Made by a program: the position numbers and the translations under genes. A DNA stretch of 64,000 bases from Octopus vulgaris (lineage: Eukaryota), in contig OX597818.1 in assembly GCA_951406725.2 (NCBI GenBank), positions 48,484,001-48,548,000 on the forward strand. The letters run 5' to 3'. Shown here one piece after another: positions 52,353 to 64,000 of the stretch; position 1 is the first letter of the stretch, and each line of letters opens with the position of its first letter. Under the pieces are notes generated by a model. The model was not told the DNA's origin. It searched no databases and saw only the letters and a list, made by a program, of their open reading frames with translations.

Positions 52353-52440
52353 CTCTTTTAAAATAAAGTCAAGCACTCTGCTCTACCATTTCCATCTCTT
52401 TTAAAATAAAGTCAAGCACTCTGCTCTACCATTTCCATCT
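52353..52440. repeat. Direct tandem duplication (~43 bp x2)
   Basis: ctcttttaaaataaagtcaagcactctgctctaccatttccat twice. A similar ~47-bp duplication lies at ~32263-32358. Confidence 0.9.
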
Positions 52441-53677
52441 ATTTCCCTTTTATTCCCCAATCTGATGAAATTTACTTAGCAAACCTAGACCTATATTTAT
52501 ACTTTCAACCCCATTTTTTGACATCTACTAATTGCCACCAGCCTATGTCTTGTCTAATTTCTATCTCATAACCAAGTCAAAAACACATTATTTGCTTCCT
52601 GAACACTGTAAAATCCACAGGCCTAAATTTTATTTCTAGTCACCGAGTTACGGTTTAACCACACTTTGTAAGATATCTTTATATGGTATCTTTCACCATA
52701 GGAAGTAAAATGTTTCTTCATTATTCTCTATCTCTGCTGTTGCTGTATTGCTTTCATTGCTTTCATTCCCAACATTTCAGTAGTGATTTGTCACCCTAGA
52801 AAATATAATAAAATTTCATCCTTTCCCTACTTTTTACTGCTTATATTTTCAACATTTCTTTAATGACAGAGAAAACCCTTGTAGAACATGTTACATGAAC
52901 AACCAGATCAACTCCACACAGAAAGTAGCCATGAAATCAAGACGGTTTTACTTAATATAAACAAAGTGTAGTATATAAATCTTGGTAAACTTCCGTCCTA
53001 TACCCATGCCAAAAACTAGGCTTAATGTTAAAAGTGCTTTCTTAAATCCCTATCTATGCAATCGGTCTGTTTGAATGAGAGCATTTCTTTACAATAAATT
53101 TCTTAGTTAAAGAGTTTGTAAGAATCTTCAATTCTTTTTTTTTTTATGCATCTAACAACAGATTTTATTTTATCCTTATTTTACATCCAGTTTTACATGA
53201 TGGCATGGGTTTGATCTTCCTGTAAATTTAAGTATTCAACTTAAAATGAGTGAATAAAATTATGATTAGATTTCCTTGTTGGCACGAATTGTCATATGAT
53301 ATTATGCTAAACTGCTTATTTATTATGGGCTCTCAGTTGTCTTTTTGTAATTTAACCCCCTAAAATAAATCTCATGTTAAAATATAAAAAATTTAATGTC
53401 AGTGATTAGATGATCTAATGTAGTATGATAATCTAGTTTGATCAGGACATGAAATTGTATATGTTAAAATTAAGAGTAGTTTGAAGAGTTAATTTGTGAA
53501 TCAAGTTATTACTTCTCAGCTAGTTCTTGTGTTCTGGTCAAGCATTTTAACTTTTCAGCTCAAGAATGGTATTAAAAATAAACTTTCCTATCAAATAACA
53601 TAACATAAAACAAACTTTTATAGCATCTAAACCACTTTGTCTCATAAATTACATTATTTCACCATTCTCCTTCATTT

Positions 53678-53906
53678 TTAACCCTATAGTGTTCGCATTA
53701 TTCTGCCAAAATTAATGCTTTTTCATCCACATTGTTTTGAACTAATCAAGCATTATCTTGTAGCGAGGAGATTTTGATAAGGTAGCTGTTAATATTTAAA
53801 ATGATATTGTAGGGTTGATGTGAGAGACCAGATCTGGCCAGTTTGACTATAAAACAGGCAGAATACTTTTGGCCGGATATGGCCGGTTTAAATGCTAGAG
53901 GGTGAA
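53678..53906. mobile_element. piggyBac-type MITE family B
   Basis: TTAACCCTatagtg...aatgctagAGGGtgaa; body homologous to 31474-31682. Confidence 0.7.
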
Positions 53907-55238
53907 ACCACTCAATGTTTTTATCATATTTGTAAAGTGAAGAAATATAATAAAGATTATTCAGCTTGTGTTTTCTGCATGTTTAGGACATTTTCTGTTC
54001 AAAATTTCATATTAACATTTCAAATACAGCATCCTTAAATAATTTCTTTTTCTTTTCCACTACTGAAATTGAGAGTCAAGTTTATTTATTTATTTCAATT
54101 TTCCCTTCACAACAGTTTGACTTTTTCCATTTATGATGAAGTCAAACAGTTGTATTATGATATTTCATGGTATTTCATGTTCTCCCCCATCCCTTATTTT
54201 ATTCTTCTGTGCATTGTAACGTTTAGTTTTGAGGCTCTTGTTTAGCAAAATGTATGTTAAATCTACTGTAGTAGCCTTGGGCTACTTTGTAAAAATACTA
54301 ACAATTTGTATGCTCACTTTTACATAATTTGACCAAAGAAAGAAAAAAATATACAAAACAATTATTTTTGTTGTAATTACATTAAAATCTTTTAGATTAC
54401 TTTATACAAAAAAATGATCTTTTAAAACTATTTCAATAGTATCAGTTTTCTGTTTTCAGTTTTTTATCTGCAGATATCAAAGTTGTATGTGTGTAAATAA
54501 AAAAATAGCTTAGAACTTCAACAATTTATACATACATAAAAAAACAAAGCCCAGACATTTTAAAAGTAAATAATTGATTCATTAAAAAATTTGTTTAAAT
54601 ACACATCTATAGATATAGCTTATGTTTTTATATTTGCTGCCCCACCTCTGCGAACCTCTGCTTCTGTTTCATTACACATACATTGTATGTATTTATAGTG
54701 TTGCTATTTTCAGTGGCTCTCTGCTGCTGTAGTTTGGCATAATGTTGGTGGGAGATCATTCTGTATATCTGTTATAATATATGTCTGTTAAATAGTTTAT
54801 TTCAATGTAGGGCATAAGATTTGGAAGTAAATATAATTTAGAGATATTGTCTTGTAAAAAGTTTACAACTCATAAGCGAAACGGATTCTGTAGATTCTGT
54901 TCATAAAGAGGATGAATTGAAGATAATTTAAACATTAATGTGTATGTTTAATGTTACTTTAGTCCTCAGTCTCTTTTATCATACACTTGTAGCAGAATGG
55001 GTTTTTGTAAAATTTCTCTTTTCTTTCATTTCACTAATATCTCGGATAACACTCAGCAGCCAGTTATACTTTTTCTCACTGTTAATGTTACCTGCTGTTT
55101 AGTTTAGTTCTCTCTAGTGGTTCTTCAACGCTATTACAGTGGAATAATACATGGTTAAAAGAAGCATATCTACACGTACACACTCAGAAAAGAAAAGTCT
55201 ATAATAAAAGTACAATTTGAAATTTATTTTCAAGTTTG

Positions 55239-55478
55239 AAAAGCTCTATCTGCGACGATTTCATATCAATCGAAGGAGAGGGTCTTTCTCCGTCCGGCTT
55301 GCGGATCCGTGGAATAAGCTGCCGGACGAGATAGTGAAGATGCCGACGACCGCTCGGTTCAAAGTCTCTCTTGACCAGAAATGGCCTGAACTCTTTGCAT
55401 GAACACCTTCCCTGCACATAACTCCATGTCCCCCTACATGGCCTTGCTTTTTGCTTTTGGAGCCAAAATTAACTTAAG
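55239..55478 (+). mobile_element. Young 5'-truncated CR1-clade LINE (ORF2 end + 3' UTR)
   Basis: RRGSFSVRLADPWNKLPDEIVKMPTTARFKVSLDQKW*, matching the CR1/L2 R..FFS.RV...WN.LP...FK..LD motif; CpG-rich. Confidence 0.8.
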
Positions 55479-55870
55479 TTCTTACAGAAAATTTGTTTCT
55501 AGAAAAAATTTATGGCGTGGTCTATCTAATAAAAAGATTGAATAAAAATCATTATTATAGGCTCAGGCATGGCTCTGTGGTTAAGAAGCTTGCTTTGCAA
55601 CCACATTGTTTCAGGTTCAATTCCAGTGTGCAGTACCTTGGGCAAGTGTCTTTTACTATAACCTTAGACTGACCAGTGCCTTGTGAATTTGGTAGATGAA
55701 AACTATCTGGAAGCCTGTCACATGCATGCACACATATACACACACGACAGGCTTCTTTTAGTTCCTGGCTAGTGAATCTACTCGCAAGAATTTGGTCAGC
55801 CAGAGGTTATGGTAGAAGGCATTTCCCCCAAGTTGCCAAGCAATGGGACTGGAGCCAGAACCATGTTATG

Positions 55871-56006
55871 TTAAGTTAATTTTTTGGCTCAAAAAGCAAA
55901 AAGCAAGGCCATGTAGGGGGACATGGAGTTATGTACAGGGTGGTGTTCATGCAAAGAGTTCAGGCCATTTGTGGTCAAGGGAGACTTTGAACCGAGCGGT
56001 CGTCGG
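55871..56006 (-). mobile_element. Second, shorter copy of the same CR1-clade 3' end, inverted
   Basis: Reverse complement of ~55343-55478 with few mismatches. Confidence 0.85.
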
Positions 56007-56428
56007 TTAAGTAATATATAAAAGGACTATAGAATAAGTTTCAGAGTTGAAAAATAATTACTAGGAGCATTTTGTTTGACTTGACCCTTTAAGGCAGAGG
56101 ACTCCAGCTTGGCTGCAATCCAATGACTGAAACAAGTAAAAGATAAAAGATGGATGTTGGGATGTTTTATTCATTTTAATTTGTTCATCTTTTTTTGTTG
56201 GTTCCACCCAAAAATACTCTCGTTCCCTGATGGCTGGAAACAAATGTGGCAATTAATTTAGGTTGATTACATAATGTTCGCCTCAGATATTTCCTATAAT
56301 TATTTTTTGTGTAGATGTTATGATTTGATTACATTCAGGGATTGTTTAGCTATTATTACAGTTCATTATCCACAGCTGCTCCATAGTACCCTGATACACT
56401 GTTCAACAAACTGTATAGATTCCCCCCC

Positions 56429-56472
<44 letters not shown>

Positions 56473-57266
56473 CTCCTTATACTCACACCATTTGTCAACA
56501 GAGTGAATCTCGTGCGTTTCTTTTGTAATTAACTTGATTTTGTGGTTAAACTCACTTAGAAGCCACGTGACTTTGAGTTCCATCCAACTGCATGACACCT
56601 TAGGCAAACATCTTCTACTATAGCCCCAGGTCAACCAATTTTTTTGTGGGAAATTTGGTAACAGAAACTCAAAAACTGTAGAAGTCTGTTGTATGTATAT
56701 ATAATTCTATATATATATATATATAATGGACTCTCTCGTCATTAGACGACATATGAGAGTTCGACAATTTCTTACCGAACAACTGCACAGATGATTTGTT
56801 TATAGTGATTAAATGCTTGTATAGACATAAGCTCATTCCCCCCATCAGATCGACATTACCTGCACAGGTGCAATGGGTGCCATGTGTCAGATGTTGAAAT
56901 GATCACAGAACAATGAAATGAAGTGCCTTGCTCAAGAACACAAGACAAGGTGGTGCCTCAGCCTAATGATTGAAGCAAGTAATAAGATAGAAGATTAATT
57001 ACTTTGTCAGAAAGACAAACTTTTCTTCACTCTCTTCTTTGTCTCTTATATAGACATGTCTCCACCTTCCCATGTTAACATGCTAGCTACATAGGCATAC
57101 ATCCATATACTTAAATGTTATTTGCTTGTACTGGTTGACCCGAATCTTCAGTAGACAAATCAAACCCCAAACACCACAATTTTACCATGAACAAATTTCT
57201 CTTCTGTCTCTCTTGTAGCTGTATTTACTTTGCTAAAATGCCTATAGTTCTATTAGCTGGATCAGA

Positions 57267-57674
57267 TTTACTCTTTTACTTGTTTCAGTCATTTGACTGC
57301 GGCCATGCTGGAGCACCGCCTTTAGTCGAGCAAATCGACCCCGGGACTTATTCTTTGTAAGCCCAGTAATTATTCTATCGGTCTCTTTTGCCGAACCGCT
57401 AAGTGACAGGGACATAAACACACCAGCATCGGTTGTCAAGCAATGCTAGGGGGACAAACACAGACACACAAATATATACACACACACTTATATATATATA
57501 CATATATATACGACAGGCTTCTTTCAGTTTCCGTCTACCAAATCCACTCACAAGGCATTGGTCGGCCCGGGGCTATAGTAGAAGACACTTGCCCAAGATG
57601 CCACGCAGTGGGACTGAACCCGGAACCATGTGGCTGGTTAGCAAGCTACTTACCACACAGCCACTCCTGCGCCT
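57267..57674 (-). mobile_element. Full-length CORE-like tRNA SINE
   Basis: Near-identical reverse complement of 9009-9432. Confidence 0.9.
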
Positions 57675-59180
57675 TGATGACATGTCATTTTTTTTTCTGT
57701 GATACTCCACAATGACTGAGTCAAACATATCCACAAATGCAATGTCAGTGGGGCTGTTTGAATGGTTATCTCTTCCTCAAGACATGTCGGAATATAAAGA
57801 TATTATCACACAACCATAGTCCTATAGGAACTCATCTTGGTTTGGTCAAATATGTGCAGTCTTAGCATGGTTAGAAGTGGTTGAGACAGATGCTTATGTT
57901 TGTAAAACATGTGGGTATAATAACTAAAAGATTGTGATTTTGACCTAGTTGCTTCTCATCAGTTTCAGTACAATTAGACCCACACGTGTTTATAATTAAT
58001 TCATATGTCATATCAAGTGTGTATGAAAATTACACATAATTTTCTTTGGACACCAATTTCTAAATCTACACCCCCGTACGATTTATTTTGGATATTAATT
58101 GATATAAGTATTCTGACTGAAAGAACATGCATGGTTGTAAACACCTCAAGGCTTGTGATGCCTAACTAGGTCAAAATTGTGATCCTCCAGTTGTTAAAGT
58201 GTTTTCTTTATGTGGGTAATAACACCAATATCATCTTAGAATAAATATAGAGTTAATTCATATCCTCTGTTGTCTGTTACATAGATTTTATGCTGTTTCT
58301 TTTAAGGGATCTCATTGGTCAACTTAGATGGCTTTTCCACTTCATACCATTGGCAGTTATTATTCTTGAATGGATGAAAGTTTAAAACCCCACCACATCT
58401 CAAATCCTGAATAAGCAGATATCTCTATATGTTGCTGTAAAGATGCCTGTTTATAATGTTACATTCAAGTAAATCCTTAGTCCCTATTGTCACACTACCC
58501 AGTTTAATTTCTGCATCCATATTTATCTATACACAGCCATTCTATGAATGGGGGTCTCCCAACTATCCTGAAAAGGGTCTTGATAAATTGGTCCATTTCA
58601 ACAACACTGAATACAGATTACATGTCCCCAGGAAACAAACTCAAATTTCATCTCCTCTTTTTATGAACAAACTAACACATTCTGCTTGTGTCAGCATTCA
58701 CTCGGGATGAGCTGTGCCAGCTGTAACTAGTGAATTCACAGAATCACAAGCAGAATTCAGCTATGCCTAGTGATCATGATCATGATTCCAGTGGCAGACA
58801 CCATACATGTGAGGACCTGATATGAACTTAAGATGCAGCAGAATCATATTAATCCATGTTTTCAACTGTTCACCCCATTGTACCCCATTGTTTATGTCAT
58901 TCTAATTTCAAGTAAGGCTTTCTCCTGTGTCTCAAAGAGACCAGATTTTCTTTAGAATACAAGCTGCTGCTGCTGTTGTTGTTAAGCAACAAGGCAGGTA
59001 AGGGTGATTAGGTGATGGTCTAGGGCTTAGGGGGCAGGAGACCCCAGACCTTAGAAAAAAAAAACTTTGGTCATCTAATTGTAGTCGAGGGCTCTTCATT
59101 GATGCCCAACACCACTGGGAGGCGGCGCTTGAAATGAAGATCTCCAGGTCCAAATTTTTGAACGGCTGCTGCTGCTGCAT

Positions 59181-59348
59181 CTTCTTCTTCTTCTTCTTCT
59201 TCTTCTTCTTCTTCTTCTTCTTCTTCTTCTTCTTCTTCTTTTTCTTCTTCTTCTTCTTTTTCTTTTTCTTTTTCTTTTTCTTCTTTTTCTTTTTCTTTTT
59301 TTTTTCTTTTTCTTCTTCTTCTTCTTCTTCATCTCCTCCTCCTTCTTC
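59181..59348. repeat. (TTC)n / polypyrimidine tract
   Basis: Directly visible; source of the poly-K, poly-R and poly-F ORFs. Confidence 0.97.
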
Positions 59349-59799
59349 TGTGAGAGAGCTGTGTGTGCCATCAAAGTGACACTGGGGTACAATTATACAA
59401 AGCCAAATATACTCATCATGACTGCATCTGATAAGGGTGCTATACACTCTGGTGTAACTATTACTGTTGAGTTACCCTGTGGATGACGAACTGCATGTAG
59501 AAATCAACAGAGGTGCTTTTTGAGGATAAGTTATTGAAGGGAATCCAAAAAAACAACAGTGAACTTCAGGGTTTGACACAAAATCCAAAACACTTTTGGG
59601 GATTTGGTGAAAACAAAAACAAACTTGGTCAAATGCTTTCAGCTTGTATAAGTCTATTTGCTTTCATTGGCCATACCTTGCAGCGACATAGCAGGTTGGT
59701 GCAAAGGATTGTTTGGTAGGTGCAAATTTTTGTAGTTATGCAGATTTCTGACCTAAACCAAGACCAGCTTTGAAAGCTACAGAATGCACCATACAATAT

Positions 59800-60030
59800 A
59801 TATTTCTTTACTACCCACAAGGGGCCAAACACAGAGGGGACAAACAAGCACAGACAAACGGATTAAGTCGATTATATCGACCCCAGTGCGTAACTGGTAC
59901 TTAATTTATCAACCCCGAAAGGATGAAAGGCAAAGTCGACCTCAGCGGAATTTGAACTCAGAACGTAACGGCAGACGAAATACGGCTACGCATTTCGCCT
60001 GGCGTGCTAACGTTTCTGCCAGCTTGCCGT
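59800..60030 (-). mobile_element. Nin-domain SINE with TSD ccatacaatata
   Basis: Family match; ccatacaatata on both sides. Confidence 0.88.
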
Positions 60031-60418
60031 CCATACAATATAGTTGATGCAAATCTCTGTCTCATCTTTAGCTTGGCCATCTTCACTCAAAGCTTTGTTG
60101 TTTTTCTTCAGATGGTCTTTTGTCTAATTTGGTGACAAGGTCACCCAGCAAAAACAATAGATATGTGGGTTCTAGTTATGTCAATAGATTTGTTTATTCA
60201 TGGCCATTGTATTTTGTATCCTTGCCCAATTCAACTGAACATCAACCAGTTATTACTAACTACTATCTAGGCAAACTTTTAAGTTATTAATCATCATAAT
60301 GACAGTAAGAAATATATAGATAAATGAATTGCTTAAACTAAAGAACAAAATATAGAAAGAGAGTGTTTCTTTTTCTCCAAGTTAGTCATTGTTTTCTTAA
60401 AAAATCATTATAGTGCAT

Positions 60419-60826
60419 AGGCGCAAGAGTGGCTTTGCAGTAAGTAGCTTGCTTACCAACCACATGGCTCCGGGTTCAGTCCCACTGTGTGGCACCTTGG
60501 GCAAGTGTCTTCTACTATAGACTTGGGCCGACCAAAGCCTTGTGAGTGGTTTTGGTAGACGGAAACTGAAAGAAGCCCATCGTATATATACATATATATA
60601 TATATGTATGTATGCGTGTGTCTGTGTTTGTCCCCCCAACATCGCTTAACAACCGATGGTGGTGTTTTTACGTCCCCATAACTTAGCAGTTCGGCAAAAA
60701 GTGACTGATAGAATAACTACTAAGCTTACAAAGAAGAAGACCTGGGGTTGATTTGCTCGACTAAAAGGCGGTGCTCCAGCATGGCCGCAGTCAAATGACT
60801 GAAGCAAGTAAAAGAGAGTTAAGAGT
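60419..60826 (+). mobile_element. Full-length CORE-like tRNA SINE
   Basis: Family match to 9009-9432. Confidence 0.9.
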
Positions 60827-62857
60827 ATGAAATTTTGATGGAATGTTTTTAGATCACTTTAAAACAGGTCACGATCAAGAGGCAGTCTCAGGTGGGTTGG
60901 TAGCAATGGGATATTAGCTTCTATTTCTATCAAACTGAGTGACTACATAGAAGCTTCCTTGGCTCAGTAATGTTGATTTATATATCTTAGGCAAAAACTT
61001 ACACTAAATTGATGGTAGGGTTTAATAAAGTAATGACACTTGTTAAAGTATTATGACGGCACAACTTTTAAGATACACATACTTTCTGCATTCATAATAT
61101 TTCATTTCCTGTAATAAGTGTACTTTAAACAATTATGAAATGCTTGAATAGTTTTACTATTTAAGATGGTAGGCTGTGAATTGTGAGTTTTGGCTGCTAT
61201 TTTCAGCAAGTGGAGCAACCACATGTCAGCTGCTTATTCAACAAATTGTCTGTAATTGAAAGATATTTCTGTTTCTCCCTCTCCCTACCACTTCTATCTT
61301 CTAGCTTACACTGTCTATTACATATCTTCAGAGTAGGTGGTTGAACTAACAGGCTAGTAAGTTCATTACTTCTGCAAAGAGGTCACTGAGTGTGAATTTT
61401 AACTTACTTACTGAGGTAGGGTGATAGAGTTGGGTTTTTTTAGGACACTCCAATACTTATTGATACATAGGCATCATTATCATAAGATTATTGGCATAAA
61501 ATATCATGACCCATGGCCCATAGTTTCCTTATTTTTAAAAATTCCATTGGTTTTATCAAACACCAGTGTATTCCAAAAGGTGGAGAAGCTGCAGAAATAT
61601 GGCACTGCTCCAGCATGTGAACTGCTGAATGACTAAAACTAGTAAAAAGAATAAACAATACAGAACCAGACTAAATAGTTTAGTATTTAGTTTCACCTCT
61701 CTCAATTCAAGTCCTAATGGAGCTGACTTCGTTTTATCCTTCTAGCAGTTATTCAATCGAATGTATCCATCTCCTTCAAATTTTATAGGCTTGTACCTCG
61801 ATATAAGAATGCTAAAAGTCAGCTTGGTGATTTTTAAGAAATAGACAATATTTGCTTTTTTCATTTCATTGTTTATTATTAATAACTTTATTATTGACAT
61901 CTAATCTTATTTAACTCCAAGTAAGCCCTTATTGAGTAAATGATCAAAGGGGTTTAAGACATGAAGTCTGCTTCTCTTCATTGTTTGAGGCATAATGTAT
62001 CCTGGGCTATGGTAGGATATAATTTGAGGGAATATTGGCTGCTCTATCTAGCAGATTGAATGATCACGATCACATAGAAGACTCCTTTTGACTCAATCTG
62101 AACTTGATTGATCTATAATTGCTTCAGTTTCAATGACATTAAGGAATTGTATTGGTTTTAATTTTCTAAATTTGTAGGCTTTTATCAATAATCAATTTTT
62201 ACCTTTTAGGAATGTAATATTGGCCTAATTATTCAGACATCTTATTTGATTTCATTAACAAAAGAAGTAACATTTTAAACCCATCTTTACTTTTGTAAAT
62301 TGTATGGTTTAAAACAAGCAAATTGTATGGTTTTAAAACCATACAATTTGCTGGAGGTTATTGTCCAGTGATAAAAGCTTTCAATAAAAAAAAAAACTTC
62401 AAGCAGTTTGTATGAATGTTGGTATCATCATTTTACATTAAGCCTTCAACAATTTACATTATTCTATGAAAACTAATGCTTATTTATTCACATTGTTTTG
62501 AATTAATCATGCATTATCTTGTAGCTTTGACATTTTAATGAAGGGACTTCATTTTCTTAATTATATTGTAAGGTTAGTGTGAGAGGCCACATCTGGCCAG
62601 CTCAAACATAAAACAGGTAGAATATTTTGGCCAGCTATGCTGAAAAGTTAATGAAAGAGAAGCTAAGATAAATTCGTATTTATGAGTGACATTTGGCTAC
62701 CCAACCTAACTTAGGTGATTTATAAAGAAATCTTCAAGTGATGTATTTCACAATACCATTGTTGTCTCTTGGCTTTGGTAGGTCCTCTGTTTCATGTTAT
62801 GTCTCTGACAATACCATCAATGTAGTTGAGTGGTCTTTAACCTGTCTTGGGATCTTT

Positions 62858-63258
62858 TATCTTTTACTTGTTTCAGTCAGTAGACTGTGACCATACTGGG
62901 CCTCTGACTTGAAAAATATTTAGTCAAATGAATCAACTGCACCGCTTATCTTTTTAAGCTTGACATTTATTCTATTAGTCTCTTTTGCTGAACTGCTAAG
63001 TTACCGGGGCATAAACTCACTAACTCTGGTTTTCAAGTGGTGATGGAGGACAGACACACGCACAAAGACATACATAAATATATATATATATAGATCTACA
63101 ATGGCTTCTTTTCAGTTTCCATCTACCAAATCCACTCACAAGGCTTTGGTTGACCCGAGGCTAGAGTAGAAAACATTGTCCAAGGTGTCATGCAGTGAGA
63201 CTGAACCCGGAACCTTGTGGTTGGGAAGCAAACTTCTTACTACATGGCCTCACCTGTA
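62858..63258 (-). mobile_element. CORE-like tRNA SINE (diverged)
   Basis: Family match. Confidence 0.8.
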
Positions 63259-63439
63259 CCTACCTTCTGTGGAAATATATGTGTTTAAATGTGTGTTTAT
63301 ATATATATATAAACTAGCACTCCGCCAGTTACAACCTGCTCATGGAATTAACATGCAAATGGTTAAGCAACCCACAAACATGCATACTCCTTAATGTAGT
63401 TCTGTGGAAGGGTCAGTGTAATACGGAATGCGACAAAGC

Positions 63440-63670
63440 GGCAAGCTGGCAGAATTGTTAGCACACCGGATGAAATGCTTAGCGGTATTTCATTTGCCAC
63501 TACATTCTGAGTTCAAATTCCGTCGAGGTCGACTTTGCCTTTCATCCTTTCGGGGTTGATTAAATAAGTACCAGTTACGCATTGGGGTCGATGTAATCAA
63601 CTTAACCCCTTTGTCTGTCCTTATTTGTCCCCTCTATGTTTAGCCCCTTGTGGACAATAAAGAAATAATA
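63440..63670 (+). mobile_element. Nin-domain SINE nested in the third SINE family
   Basis: Family match; flanks aatgcgacaaagc / aatgtgacaaagc. Confidence 0.85.
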
Positions 63671-64000
63671 ATGTGACAAAGCTGACCCATTGAATTAGTA
63701 GTGCAACACATTTTTGTCAGCTGAGTGGACTGGAGCAACATGGAAGAAAGTGTCTTGCTTAAGGACACAATGTGCTGTCAGGAATTGAAATCAAAGCCTT
63801 ATGATTGTGAGCCAAATACCCTAAGCCAATACCCTCACACATGTGTGTGTGTGAGAGAGATTTGTACTTGTGGCAACAATCAACTGGAGTGTGGGATGAG
63901 CTGTCTCAATGAGACTTGAAGGAGCACAGCTTGGAAACATAATGAAAATATTAAGTAAATTATTTAACAGTGAATCTCAGAATATGATACAGCTATAAAT

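Noticed and set aside
58932-59447. Poly-K, poly-R and poly-F ORFs
   Set aside because: Artefact of the (TTC)n microsatellite.

Overview
AT-rich eukaryotic (animal) genomic DNA dominated by repeats. The SINE, LINE and microsatellite families look like those of a coleoid cephalopod (Octopus); this is an inference. The only convincing protein-coding segment is the first coding exon of a CAMK-group kinase, PSKH1 (17839-18759, +). It starts MGC (myristoylation/palmitoylation motif), covers most of the kinase domain and ends at a GT donor. I found no downstream exon, so the rest of the window (>45 kb) is probably intron. The remainder is a nested patchwork of tRNA-derived SINEs (CORE-like and Nin/Deu-domain), RTE-tail elements ending in (GAT)n, RTE and CR1/L2 LINE remnants, mariner relics, two TTAA-flanked piggyBac-type MITE families, hAT MITEs, Helitron-like elements and long microsatellites. 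The most notable unexplained structure is a set of type I hammerhead-ribozyme-like motifs. One lies in each arm of a perfect 113-bp-arm palindrome (8097-8327), one has a canonical core (14609-14656), and three are degenerate (22704-22973, 32408-32450, 38425-38459). Three of these loci (8097, 22704, 38425) lie in or next to (TA)n tracts. All repeat boundaries were read by eye and are approximate.
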